Made by a program: the position numbers and the translations under genes
The notes under the pieces: model-generated
What the model was told of the DNA's origin: nothing
The model's database searches: none
What the model saw: the letters and a program-made list of their open reading frames with translations, nothing else
Shown: piece by piece, positions 16,510 to 25,823 of the stretch
How the letters are laid out: each line of letters opens with the position of its first letter
Numbering within the stretch: the first letter of the stretch is position 1
Assembly: GCA_016191395.1 (NCBI GenBank)
Contig: JACPOS010000003.1
Location: 107,100-171,099 of the forward strand
Direction: 5' to 3'
Length of the DNA: 64,000 nucleotides
Origin: Chloroflexota bacterium
GTDB lineage: Bacteria > Chloroflexota > Limnocylindria > Limnocylindrales > CSP1-4

Positions 16510-18852
16510 GTGCGCACCTACGCCCCCGCCGGCACGGAGTCCGTGCTGGACCGGCTGCTCGAGGAGCCGTCACTCGCTGCTGCCGTGCAGCATCACGCCC
16601 ACCTGCCCGCCCGCGAGGCGATCACGGCGCCGTTCCCGTCGTGGCTGGATGCCCGGATCGTGCGCGGCCTGGAGGATCGGGGAATCACGTCGCTGTACAG
16701 CCACCAGGCAGAGGCCGTGGAGGCGGTGCACGCGGGCGACGACGTGGTCGTGGTCACCCCCACCGCCTCCGGCAAGACCCTCTGCTACGCGCTGCCGGTG
16801 CTCCAGGCGCTGGCGGAGGATCCGTCCGCGCGCGCGTTGTTCCTGTTCCCGACCAAGGCGCTCGGGCAGGACCAGGTGGCGGAGTTCTCCGGTCTCGCCC
16901 GTGCGAGCTCGCTGCAGGTGGCTGCGGCCACCTACGACGGGGACACGCCCGCGCCGATCCGGTCGGCGATCCGGACCGCCGGCCAGGTCGTGGTCACGAA
17001 CCCGGACATGCTCCACTCGGCGATCCTCCCCCACCACACCAAGTGGTTCCAGCTCTTCGAGCAGGTCAAGGTGATCGTGATCGACGAGCTGCACATCTAC
17101 CGTGGCGTGTTCGGGAGCCACGTCGCAAACGTCCTCCGGCGCCTCCTCCGGCTGTGCCATCACTACGGCTCCAACCCGATCATCGTCTGTTCCTCCGCCA
17201 CGATCGGCAACCCCGCGGAGCTCGCCGCCCAGCTGACCGGGCGCACGCCGCGGCTGATCGATCGCAACGGCGCACCCTCAGGCGCCCGGCACGTGCTGCT
17301 CGTGGATCCGCCGCTGCTGGACCAGGCGACCGGGGCGCGTGGCTCCGCGTTGACGCACGTGCAGCGGTGGGCGCTCCCGTTCCTGCGCGCAGGCCGCCAG
17401 ACGATCGTGTTCGGCAGGGCGCGAGTGGCGGTGGAGATCATCCTCACCGGGCTGCGCGAGGCGCTCCGCGAGGACCGGGGTCCTCGCTCGCGGATTCGCG
17501 GCTACCGCGGCGGCTACCTGCCCACGGAACGTCGGGCGATCGAGCGCGGGCTTCGCGACGGCGAGATCCTCGGCGTGGTCTCCACGAACGCGCTGGAGCT
17601 CGGCGTGGACATCGGTGCGCTGGATGTCTCCATCCTCGCCGGCTACCCGGGCTCGGTCGCGGGCACCTGGCAGCAGCTCGGCCGGGCGGGTCGGCGCCAG
17701 GAGGTGAGCGTCGGCATCCTCGTCGCGTCGGGCTCGCCGGTGGACCAATACGTCATCCACCACCCGGAGTTCCTACTCGAGGGCACCCCGGAGGAGGCCC
17801 GGATCGACCCGGACAACCTCCACGTGCTGCTCGCCCACCTCCGATGCGCCACGTTCGAGCGGCCGTTCGAGCCGGGCGACGTCTTCGGGCCCGGCCCCGT
17901 CGATGACCTCCTCGCGTTCATCGGCGAATCCGGTCACGTCCGGCAGGCAGGCGATGGACGCTGGTACTGGAGCTCGGAGAACTTCCCGGCATCGGAGGTC
18001 AGCCTCCGGACCGCGGCCCCGGAGAACGTCGTGATCATCGACACCACGCCGGATCGGCCGCGCGTGATCGGCGAGGTGGACCTCTTCTCAGCGCAGGTCC
18101 TCGTCCACACCCAGGCCATCTACCTGCATGAGAGCACGCAGTTCCACGTCGACAAGCTGGACTGGGGCGAGCGCAAGGCCTACGTCCGGCGGGTGGACGT
18201 GGACTACTACACGTACGCGAACCGCGCGGTGACGCTCAAGCCGCTGGACGTCTTCGCCACGGAGCCCGCGACCGGCGGCCGTCGGATCCACGGCGAGGTG
18301 ATGGTCGCCAGCCTCGTCACGCTGTTCAAGAAGCTCAAGTTCGGCACGGACGAGAACGTCGGCTGGGGTCCCATCGACCTGCCGGAGCTGGAGCTCCAGA
18401 CCACCGCCTACTGGCTGACTGCCGAGGACGCGTCCGTCGGGTGGCGCAAGGACGACCTGGACGTCGCCCTGCTCGGGGCCGGTCGCGCGATCCAGGCGGT
18501 CGCGGCCGTACTCCTCATGTGCGACCCGCGCGACCTCGGTCTTGTCACGCAGGTGCGTTCGCCGCACTCGGATGCACCAACGATCTACCTGTACGAATCG
18601 GTGCCCGGCGGGATCGGCCTGTCCGAGCGCCTGTTCAAGCGCCACGACGAGCTGGTCGTGGGTGCGCGCGCGCTGATCGAGGCGTGCGGATGCGAGAGCG
18701 GCTGTCCGGCCTGCACCGGCCCGCGCCTAGATCCCGCGGTCGACGGCAAGGCGCTCGCGCTTCGATTGCTGGCCGGGATGCTCCCAGCCGCGGGCGGCGG
18801 CGGCGCGGAGCCGGCAACGCACGCACGGGTCGTCCTGGGGGCGAGCGCGTGA
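16510..18852 (+). CDS. mrfA: DEAD/DEAH-box helicase with C-terminal 4-Cys zinc domain (MrfA/YprA family, DUF1998)
   Basis: 780-aa ORF. TPTASGKT (motif I), DELH (motif II), helicase C domain, and the C-terminal CGCESGCPAC motif. Confidence 0.85.
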   Translation: MRTYAPAGTESVLDRLLEEPSLAAAVQHHAHLPAREAITAPFPSWLDARIVRGLEDRGITSLYSHQAEAVEAVHAGDDVVVVTPTASGKTLCYALPVLQALAEDPSARALFLFPTKALGQDQVAEFSGLARASSLQVAAATYDGDTPAPIRSAIRTAGQVVVTNPDMLHSAILPHHTKWFQLFEQVKVIVIDELHIYRGVFGSHVANVLRRLLRLCHHYGSNPIIVCSSATIGNPAELAAQLTGRTPRLIDRNGAPSGARHVLLVDPPLLDQATGARGSALTHVQRWALPFLRAGRQTIVFGRARVAVEIILTGLREALREDRGPRSRIRGYRGGYLPTERRAIERGLRDGEILGVVSTNALELGVDIGALDVSILAGYPGSVAGTWQQLGRAGRRQEVSVGILVASGSPVDQYVIHHPEFLLEGTPEEARIDPDNLHVLLAHLRCATFERPFEPGDVFGPGPVDDLLAFIGESGHVRQAGDGRWYWSSENFPASEVSLRTAAPENVVIIDTTPDRPRVIGEVDLFSAQVLVHTQAIYLHESTQFHVDKLDWGERKAYVRRVDVDYYTYANRAVTLKPLDVFATEPATGGRRIHGEVMVASLVTLFKKLKFGTDENVGWGPIDLPELELQTTAYWLTAEDASVGWRKDDLDVALLGAGRAIQAVAAVLLMCDPRDLGLVTQVRSPHSDAPTIYLYESVPGGIGLSERLFKRHDELVVGARALIEACGCESGCPACTGPRLDPAVDGKALALRLLAGMLPAAGGGGAEPATHARVVLGASA

Positions 18853-20435
18853 CGGTCGTCGGGCTGGAGCGGCGGCTCGCCAACTTCCGGGCGACGCGGC
18901 CGGCTGCCGAGGACGGCGGCGGGCCGGAGCGCGCACGGGCGTCGAGCATCGGGGCGGAGCGGCTCGCCGTCGCGGTGGGCGGCGAGCTCGTGCGGTCGCC
19001 GCTTGGCTCGTACGTCGTCGTCGAATCACCGACCACGATTCTGCCGGTGGATCGCGGACGCCTCGCCACGCTCCCCGGACAGCCGCCGGCGGACGCTCCC
19101 CTCCTCTGCCTGGATACGGAGACGACGGGCCTTGCAACCGCGGCAGGCACGCTCGCGTTCCTCGTGGGCCTCGGCTGGTGGGAGGGAAGCCTCTTCCGCC
19201 AGGTCCAGCTGCTCCTGCCGGACCATGCGGATGAGCCGGCCCTGCTCGCAGAGCTCGCGTCCCGCATCCCTCGCGGCGGGTGGCTCGTGTCCTACAACGG
19301 CAAGGGATTCGACTGGCCCCTGCTCGTCGCGCGATTCCGCATGGCCGGCGCCAACCCGCCGCTGCACGCCGGCCACCTGGATCTCCTGCCGATGGTGCGC
19401 CGCGTCTTTCGCCACCGGATGACCGACGCCCGCCTCGCATCCGTGGAGTCGGAGCTCCTCGGGCTGCGTCGCCATGGGGACATTCCCGGCTGGGAGATCC
19501 CCGGGCGCTACCTCGACTACCTGCGATTCGGAGAGCCGGGTCCGCTGGTCGACGTGGTACGCCACAACGACGAGGACGTCCGCTCGCTCGCGCGGCTGCT
19601 CGTCCACGTGGATCGCGGCTACGCCGACGAGGAGCGCTGGCACGAGGCACCGCCGGGCGATCTCGCGGGCCTCGCCCGCGCATTCGCAGGTGAGCGCCGG
19701 CATGAGGAGGCACTGCGCTGCCTCGATGCGGCGCTCGCGGCGGCGGCGCCGGTCGCGGGCGCTCCCGTGCCGCGGGACTACGAAGAGCCGCCGCCGGAGC
19801 GGGCGCGACTCGCGGCCCGGGAATCCAGGCCGGACGACGATCCCTGGTGGTCGCCGCGGCGCCCGCCGGACTTCGGCGGCCGGCCGGGCAGGTACGCGTC
19901 CGTGGCCGCGTGGGATGCCGCCGAGTCGAGCCGGCACGACGCACCGTGGACCGAAACGCGGATGCTGGCCGACAAGGCGAGGCTCCTGCGTCGCCTCGGG
20001 CGGTACGAGGAATCCGAGTCGGCGTGGGTCGCGCTCGCGGCCGGCCGGGGCACGATCGGGACGCTCGCCTGGATCGAGGTCGCGAAGCTCCGCGAGCACC
20101 GCCTCGGGAACCTCGCGGGCGCGGTCGAGGCAGCGACGACCGCGCTCCGGCTGGCCGAGCGTCAGGCCTGGCTCGGGCGCCCGCTGGTTAGGCTGGAGAC
20201 GGCCCTCGGGCGCCGTCTGGCGAGGCTTGGTTCGCGGGTCATCCGCGCTCGGACCGCCGCGAGATCCGGGACGCCGGCGAGTCCGGGCGCCTCGACGGCA
20301 AGCGAGGCCGCGGCCGCGGCGAACCGCGTCGCGATACCGGTCGAGCGTTGGAGCCGCGCTGCGAGCAGCGCGGCGAGGAACACGTCGCCGGCGCCGGTCG
20401 GGTCGACGGTGCCGTCAGAGGGGATCGCGGGGTAG
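18849..20435 (+). CDS. mrfB: RNase-H-fold (DEDDh-type) exonuclease with C-terminal helical repeat region (MrfB/YprB-like)
   Basis: GTG at 18849 overlaps the mrfA stop (GTGA). Motifs LCLDTETTGL, SYNGKGFDWPLL and RHNDEDVRSL. The first in-frame stop is at 20435, so the last ~90 aa overlap the convergent PfkB gene and look like antisense-derived sequence. Confidence 0.75.
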   Translation: MTVVGLERRLANFRATRPAAEDGGGPERARASSIGAERLAVAVGGELVRSPLGSYVVVESPTTILPVDRGRLATLPGQPPADAPLLCLDTETTGLATAAGTLAFLVGLGWWEGSLFRQVQLLLPDHADEPALLAELASRIPRGGWLVSYNGKGFDWPLLVARFRMAGANPPLHAGHLDLLPMVRRVFRHRMTDARLASVESELLGLRRHGDIPGWEIPGRYLDYLRFGEPGPLVDVVRHNDEDVRSLARLLVHVDRGYADEERWHEAPPGDLAGLARAFAGERRHEEALRCLDAALAAAAPVAGAPVPRDYEEPPPERARLAARESRPDDDPWWSPRRPPDFGGRPGRYASVAAWDAAESSRHDAPWTETRMLADKARLLRRLGRYEESESAWVALAAGRGTIGTLAWIEVAKLREHRLGNLAGAVEAATTALRLAERQAWLGRPLVRLETALGRRLARLGSRVIRARTAARSGTPASPGASTASEAAAAANRVAIPVERWSRAASSAARNTSPAPVGSTVPSEGIAG

Positions 20436-21109
20436 CGCCGAGCACGCTCGGGGCGTCCATCCGCTCGGTTCCGCAGCACGAGGCCGCCAGCCTCCCCTTC
20501 GGTGAGCACGAGCGTCGCGGATGGACCGAGGAACGCGGCGAGCGCGCTGGCGGTCGTGCCCGTTGCGAAGTCGTCGCGACTCGCGCCGACGAGCGAGGCC
20601 GCAGCGAGCAGCGGTCCATGCGCCGGGGGGACCCGATCGACGTCGGCGCCCGCTCTGAGCTCACGCAGCAGGCCCTGCCAGCCAAGCGCGACGACCGGCG
20701 CCTGGAGGGTCGCCCAGTCCGAATGGAGCTCGCCGGCGACCGGCGCAAGGAAGACGGCACCGAGGTCGTCGCCCCAGTGGGACGGAAGCCCTTCCATCGC
20801 CACGAGGTCACTGGCGGCGAGGGACCGCTGGCGGCGGACCGTGGGTGACTCGGTGTTCTCGAAGACGGGCCCCGAGCGCAGCGGCACCAGGTGGACCTCG
20901 ACGCCCGCGGCGCGGAGGTGGTCGAGCTCCATGGCGTCCGCCGCCTCGGGGTCGACCCCGATCGCCGCCCGGACCCGGAGTCCGAGGCGGGCGAGGGTCA
21001 GCCCGCCGTAGGTGACCGCGCCGCCCAATCGCCAGCCCCGCGGGTCGCCGAGGACGACGTCGCGCGAGGCGGCACCGGCGACCAGGACGAGGGGTCGATC
21101 GATCGTCAT
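20162..21109 (-). CDS. PfkB-family carbohydrate/nucleoside kinase
   Basis: 315-aa ORF with the DPTGAGDVF catalytic motif and a GG-type N-terminal motif. The last ~25 aa look like a tail extension. Confidence 0.8.
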   Translation of the reverse strand: MTIDRPLVLVAGAASRDVVLGDPRGWRLGGAVTYGGLTLARLGLRVRAAIGVDPEAADAMELDHLRAAGVEVHLVPLRSGPVFENTESPTVRRQRSLAASDLVAMEGLPSHWGDDLGAVFLAPVAGELHSDWATLQAPVVALGWQGLLRELRAGADVDRVPPAHGPLLAAASLVGASRDDFATGTTASALAAFLGPSATLVLTEGEAGGLVLRNRADGRPERARRYPAIPSDGTVDPTGAGDVFLAALLAARLQRSTGIATRFAAAAASLAVEAPGLAGVPDLAAVRARMTREPSLARRRPRAVSSLTSGRPSQA

Positions 21110-21153
21110 GGCGTATCCTGCGGGCCCATTCCCACGAACTTCGGAGTCACCGG

Positions 21154-21504
21154 TTGTATTTCTACGAGCTGCACGAGGGCGACGAGGAGATCTTCACGGA
21201 CCTGCTCCTGGAGCATGACGAGCTGATCGAGCCGGAGGACTTCTTCGAGCTGGTCCAGGTGGTCCGCGAGAAGGTCCAGGACACGCACGAGGAAGATACG
21301 CTCATCGAGGCGATCGCCATCGAGCTCGAGCGCGAGCACGGCTTCACGTTCATCTCCGACGGGCGCCTGAGTGCCTCGGTCCACGTGTCGCCGATCGACA
21401 AGGAGAACCGGCTCATCGCGTCCGATGACCAGTACATGGAATCGCCCGAGTACCGATCCATGCTGGCGGCCTTCGACCCGGAGAATGACCCGAACGAGAA
21501 CTAG
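21154..21504 (+). CDS. Small, highly acidic hypothetical protein
   Basis: 116-aa ORF with a TTG start preceded by GGAG. Codon third positions are strongly G/C, matching native coding. About 35% Asp+Glu. No family recognised. Confidence 0.7.
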   Translation: MYFYELHEGDEEIFTDLLLEHDELIEPEDFFELVQVVREKVQDTHEEDTLIEAIAIELEREHGFTFISDGRLSASVHVSPIDKENRLIASDDQYMESPEYRSMLAAFDPENDPNEN

Positions 21505-21522
21505 CCGCGAGGGCGTCGCGCG

Positions 21523-22626
21523 CTAGCGGCTGAAGAGGATCTCCATCACGTCACCGTCCGCGACGCGATAGGTCCTGCCCTCGGAGCGGAGCCGGCCGGC
21601 CTTGCGCGCCTCGGCCGTGGAGCCCAGGGCCACGAGATCGTCGTAGCCGACCGTCTCGGCGCGGATGAAGCCCTTCGCGAGATCGGTATGGATCGCGCCC
21701 GCGGCATCGACCGCCGACGATCCCGACGGAATCGGCCAGGCGCGGACCTCGTCCGGGCCCGCGGTGAGGAACGAGATGAGCCCCAGGAGCCGATAGGAGA
21801 TGCGGATCACGCGCTCGAGCCCGGACTCCGCGATGCCAAGCTCCTCCATGAAGGTCGCCGCGTCCTCGGCATCCAGCTCGCCGAGCTCCATCTCGATCCT
21901 TGCCGAGAGATGGTCGACCATCGCGTGCCGGTGGGGGTACTTGGTCGTGATCCGGGCGACGAGCTCGCCGGCAGTCGCGAGATCCTTCTCGCCGACGTTG
22001 AGGAGGACGAGCACGGGCTTCTCCGTCAGGAAGCGGAAGCCTCGGACCGCCTTGGCCTCGTCGTCGGCCATGCCCGAGTCGCGGATCGGCCTGCCAGCCT
22101 CCAGGTCCGTCTTCAGCCGGCGGAGGATGACCTCCTCGCGCTCGTTGGATTCCCGCTCCGCCGGCGTGCCGTGGCGGCCGCTGGAGCCGAGCCGCTCCAG
22201 CCGGCGATCCACCATCGCGAGGTCGGCGAGGATGAACTCCAGGTCCAGCTGCTCCAGATCGCGCGCGGGGTCAACGGAGCCCGACGGGTGCGGGAGCGAC
22301 GGATCGTCGAACGCGCGGACGACGTGGAGCAGCGCGTCCGACTCCCGGAGCCGCGCGAGGTGCTCGGCGGGCAGCTCCTCGGTGCCGACGTGGCCCTCGG
22401 AGGACGCCGGCGGCGCCGGAAGGTCCACGTAGGTGACGTCCGCGTGGACGACCTTCTTCGGCTTGAAGATCTCCGCGAGCCGGTCCAGCCGCGCGTCGGG
22501 CACCTTGACGACGCCGACGTTGAGGGTGAGCGCGCCGAACCCGCCCGTCTGGGCGTGGCCGCGCGTGAGGGTGTTGAAGACAGTGGTCTTGCCGCTCCCG
22601 GCAAGCCCGACGATCGCGATCTGCAC
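21523..22626 (-). CDS. ychF: Obg-like ATPase/GTPase YchF
   Basis: 367-aa ORF. IAIVGLAGSGKTT P-loop, an inserted coiled-coil region and a C-terminal TGS-like domain (DGDVMEILF). Confidence 0.9.
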   Translation of the reverse strand: MQIAIVGLAGSGKTTVFNTLTRGHAQTGGFGALTLNVGVVKVPDARLDRLAEIFKPKKVVHADVTYVDLPAPPASSEGHVGTEELPAEHLARLRESDALLHVVRAFDDPSLPHPSGSVDPARDLEQLDLEFILADLAMVDRRLERLGSSGRHGTPAERESNEREEVILRRLKTDLEAGRPIRDSGMADDEAKAVRGFRFLTEKPVLVLLNVGEKDLATAGELVARITTKYPHRHAMVDHLSARIEMELGELDAEDAATFMEELGIAESGLERVIRISYRLLGLISFLTAGPDEVRAWPIPSGSSAVDAAGAIHTDLAKGFIRAETVGYDDLVALGSTAEARKAGRLRSEGRTYRVADGDVMEILFSR

Positions 22627-22632
22627 CTGCGG

Positions 22633-23697
22633 CTAGTAGCCGGCCGCGGGGTCGACGACGTTGCGCAGGGGCTCGCCGCGTGAGAAGCGCACCAGGTTGT
22701 CACAGAACAGGTCGATGCTCCGATCCAGGACTCGCGCGGAGGACCACGCGGTGTGCGGGGTGAGGATCACGTTGGACAGCTCCCAGTAGGGGGAGCTCTG
22801 CGGGAGCGGCTCGTCGCGGAAGGTGTCCAGCGCCGCGCCGCCGATGCGATTCTCGCGCAGCGCGCGGATGAGCGCCTTGTCGTCGATCAGGCGACCGCGC
22901 GCGACGTTGATCAGCCAGGCGTCGCGCTTCATCGCCGCGACCGCGGCTTCGTCGATCATGCCCTCCGTCTCGGGCGTCAGGGGCGCGGCGAGCACCACGA
23001 CATCCGACTCCCCGAGCAGCTCGTGCAGGCGATCCGGCCCGACGAGCCGGTCGAGGCGCGGCTCGAACGGGAAGACGTCGCCATCATCGGTACCCGGGTC
23101 ACGCGTGGGCCGCGCGTCGCCCATGTCCGGCCGGCGGCGCATCGCGATGACGCGTGAGCCGAACGCGGAGGCGAGGCTCGCCACCGACCGGCCGAGCGAG
23201 CCGTAGCCCACGATCCCGACGGTGAGCTCGCGGAGCTCGCGCCCCTCCAGCGGCTGCCACGTCCGCTCGTGCTGGAGCTCAAGCAGCTCGGGCAGGTGCC
23301 GGCTGACCGCGAGGATCATGAGCAGGACGTGCTCGGCGATGGGGCGGGAGAACACGCCGCGGGCGTTCGTGACCAGCACGTCACGTGCGAGGGCGGCGGG
23401 CGTCAGCGCCCGCTCGACACCGGACGTCGCGGAGTGGACCCAGGTCAGGTGCGGCGCGCGGACGAGCAGGCGATCGAACGCCTCGGCGACGAGCCAGCCG
23501 CGCAGGAGCACCTCGACGTCGTCGACCGGCCCGTCCGCGAGGCCCTCGACCGACAGGTTGACGATGCGCGAGCCGGGCGCGGCGGCCTGAATGCGCTCCA
23601 GGTCCTGCGCGCGGATGCGGGCCGACAGGATGGGGCTCACCGCGATCGCGAGCGGCACGCCGTTCGGTCCGCGGCCCGGTCCGGCGGTCAGGCGCAT
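22633..23697 (-). CDS. D-isomer-specific 2-hydroxyacid dehydrogenase
   Basis: ATG at 23697 (MRLTAGPG) within track ORF 22633..23823. GIVGYGSLGRSVA NAD-binding motif plus NVARGRLID and TPH catalytic elements. Confidence 0.85.
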   Translation of the reverse strand: MRLTAGPGRGPNGVPLAIAVSPILSARIRAQDLERIQAAAPGSRIVNLSVEGLADGPVDDVEVLLRGWLVAEAFDRLLVRAPHLTWVHSATSGVERALTPAALARDVLVTNARGVFSRPIAEHVLLMILAVSRHLPELLELQHERTWQPLEGRELRELTVGIVGYGSLGRSVASLASAFGSRVIAMRRRPDMGDARPTRDPGTDDGDVFPFEPRLDRLVGPDRLHELLGESDVVVLAAPLTPETEGMIDEAAVAAMKRDAWLINVARGRLIDDKALIRALRENRIGGAALDTFRDEPLPQSSPYWELSNVILTPHTAWSSARVLDRSIDLFCDNLVRFSRGEPLRNVVDPAAGY

Positions 23698-23719
23698 CGA
23701 AGCCCCCGCGGGCGGTGGG

Positions 23720-24940
23720 TCACGCCAGCACCCGCTTGATCCATAGCTGCGGATCGGCGATCTCGTCGGAGGACGGCAGCGATTCGGGGCCGTCCCAAAT
23801 TCGCGCCAGCGCAGGCCGGCCACGTGCCTCCGCGACGGCGCGAACGAACCGCTCGCCCTTCGCGTACTGCTCCAGCTTGAGGTCCATGCCGGTGAGGCGG
23901 AGGACCGCGCGCTCGAACCCGGTCCGGCGCTGGCGGCGCTCGTGGAACCGGGACGAGATCTCCTCGACGCCCTCCACGAGTCCGCGGCCCACCTCGTCCA
24001 TGACGTAGTCGCTGAAGCCCTCGAGCAGGCTCATCACCGCCTGCGTCTCGCGGAAGAGGCGCTTCTGCTCCTCGCCCATGAGCGTCTCCATCCAGTGCTC
24101 CCCGCCGGAATCGCCGCGCAGCGCACGGCCGATCGCCCGAAGGGTGTCACGCCCGAGGCTGGTCGCGCTTCCGCTGAACAGGCTGAGCTGGCGCTCCAGG
24201 CGCTCGGCCAGGTATGGCCGGAGCCACGGATGCGCCTCGAACTCGAAGGCATGGGTCGTCTCGTGGAGCGCGATCCATGTCCGGAACGGCGCGACCGGGA
24301 TGCCGAGCGCGTGCGCGGTACCGCGGATGTTCTCCTCGACGAACAGCAGCCGGCCGTCCTCTGCCTCCGCGGACAGCATCGCGAGGTCGTACTGGCCCAG
24401 GACGCGGGTGCCCATGAACCCCAGCAGGTAGCCCAGCTGCTGGCTGGTGACCCAGCGATTGGCCAGGGCCATCGTGGCGCGGGTGATGCCGCCGCCCTCG
24501 GGAACCACCTGGTCCAGCAGGTCCTGTTCCATCCGCGAGATGAGCGCTCGGAAGGTGCCCACGTTGGCGCGGACCCAGCCCGCACGATCGACGACCGACG
24601 CGCGCTCCACGACACCGGGCAGCGCCGTTCCGAGCGCCTCGCCGAGTCGCGGGACCACGCGCGCCATGGCCTCGCGGTAGGCGCCCTCCGCCGCCTTCAG
24701 CTCCAGCGCGGACAGGCCACCGGGCGCCCGCTCCGCGCGCCGGATCGCGATCCGCTCGACGGCACCCCAGTCCACCAGCCCGCGCCGCGCGACGCGCTCC
24801 GCGCGCCGGCCGAGGACCGTCGCGGCCGCGCCGATCGCCGAGCCCAGGATGAACCCGGCCTGCCACCGCCGGTCCGCTCGCCAGCCACGGGACCGCCAGC
24901 TGCGCCGCGCGGAGCGGCTCTCGCTTCGCGGCTCGCTCAC
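23720..24940 (-). CDS. Zinc-dependent metalloprotease, DUF2342 family
   Basis: 406-aa ORF with an HETTHAFEF (HExxH) motif. Overall resembles the actinobacterial-type DUF2342 hydrolases. The GTG start overlaps the murI stop. Confidence 0.75.
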   Translation of the reverse strand: MSEPRSESRSARRSWRSRGWRADRRWQAGFILGSAIGAAATVLGRRAERVARRGLVDWGAVERIAIRRAERAPGGLSALELKAAEGAYREAMARVVPRLGEALGTALPGVVERASVVDRAGWVRANVGTFRALISRMEQDLLDQVVPEGGGITRATMALANRWVTSQQLGYLLGFMGTRVLGQYDLAMLSAEAEDGRLLFVEENIRGTAHALGIPVAPFRTWIALHETTHAFEFEAHPWLRPYLAERLERQLSLFSGSATSLGRDTLRAIGRALRGDSGGEHWMETLMGEEQKRLFRETQAVMSLLEGFSDYVMDEVGRGLVEGVEEISSRFHERRQRRTGFERAVLRLTGMDLKLEQYAKGERFVRAVAEARGRPALARIWDGPESLPSSDEIADPQLWIKRVLA

Positions 24941-25791
24941 GCGGCCCCCGCCAGCTCCACGCCGGCCACGTCCGGGAACGCCTCGCCGAACATGCGCTCG
25001 GCGATGGACCGGAACTGGTCAACGTCGCCGGTCGTGAGCTGGGTGTGGCTCGCTGACCCGGAAGGCGCCTGGAGCCCGTTGATCGACAGCAGCTCCGCGA
25101 GCGCGGACGCGGTCGCCGCGGCGGAATCGACGATCGCGATCCCCTCCCCGGCCACGGCGCCGATGGCGTCGCGGAGCAACGGGTAGTGCGTACAGCCGAG
25201 GAGCAGCGTGTCCACGCGCGCCGATGCCGGAAGCGGGAAGACGAACTCGCCGCTCGCGTCGCGCAGGCCGAGCAGCGGCGCCAGCGCCTCGCGCACGCTC
25301 GCCTCCACCTCGGCGCCCGCCAGCAGGCCGGCCTCGACCATGGGCACGAATGTCGGCGTGGCGTGCTCGTAGACCTCCACGGCTGGGTTCTCGTCCTTGA
25401 TCGCCTCGAAGTAGGCGTGCGAACGGATCGTGGCGGGCGTGCCGATGACCCCGACGCGCCGGTTCCGTGTCGCGAGCGCCGCGGACGTCGCGCCGGGCCG
25501 GATCACGCCCAGGATCGGCAGGTCGTACCGGCGTCGCAGGTCGCCGAGGGCGATCGCGGTGGAGGTGTTGCACGCGACGACGACCGCCTTCACGTCGCGT
25601 TCGACGAGGACGTCGATCGACTCGGTCGAAAAGGCGCGGACCTCCTCGTCCGGGCGCACTCCGTACGGGGCGCGCGCGTTGTCGCCGAAATAGATCGTCG
25701 ATTCGTCGGGCGTCCGGCGGAGGATCTCGCGCAGGACGGTCAGCCCGCCGACGCCGGAATCGAACACCCCGATGGGTCGTGTGTCAGTCAC
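24937..25791 (-). CDS. murI: Glutamate racemase
   Basis: 284-aa ORF with VFDSGVGGLTV, ACNTS and GCTHYP motifs. Confidence 0.95.
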   Translation of the reverse strand: MTDTRPIGVFDSGVGGLTVLREILRRTPDESTIYFGDNARAPYGVRPDEEVRAFSTESIDVLVERDVKAVVVACNTSTAIALGDLRRRYDLPILGVIRPGATSAALATRNRRVGVIGTPATIRSHAYFEAIKDENPAVEVYEHATPTFVPMVEAGLLAGAEVEASVREALAPLLGLRDASGEFVFPLPASARVDTLLLGCTHYPLLRDAIGAVAGEGIAIVDSAAATASALAELLSINGLQAPSGSASHTQLTTGDVDQFRSIAERMFGEAFPDVAGVELAGAA

Positions 25792-25823
25792 CCGATGGAT
25801 GCTACGCCGATGTCGCGGATCGC

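Noticed and set aside
16510-18852. A DUF1998-containing helicase as part of a DISARM-like defence system.
   Set aside because: There is no adjacent methyltransferase, PLD nuclease or separate DrmB-like gene. Its partner is a YprB-type exonuclease joined by a GTGA overlap, which fits the MrfAB repair pair.
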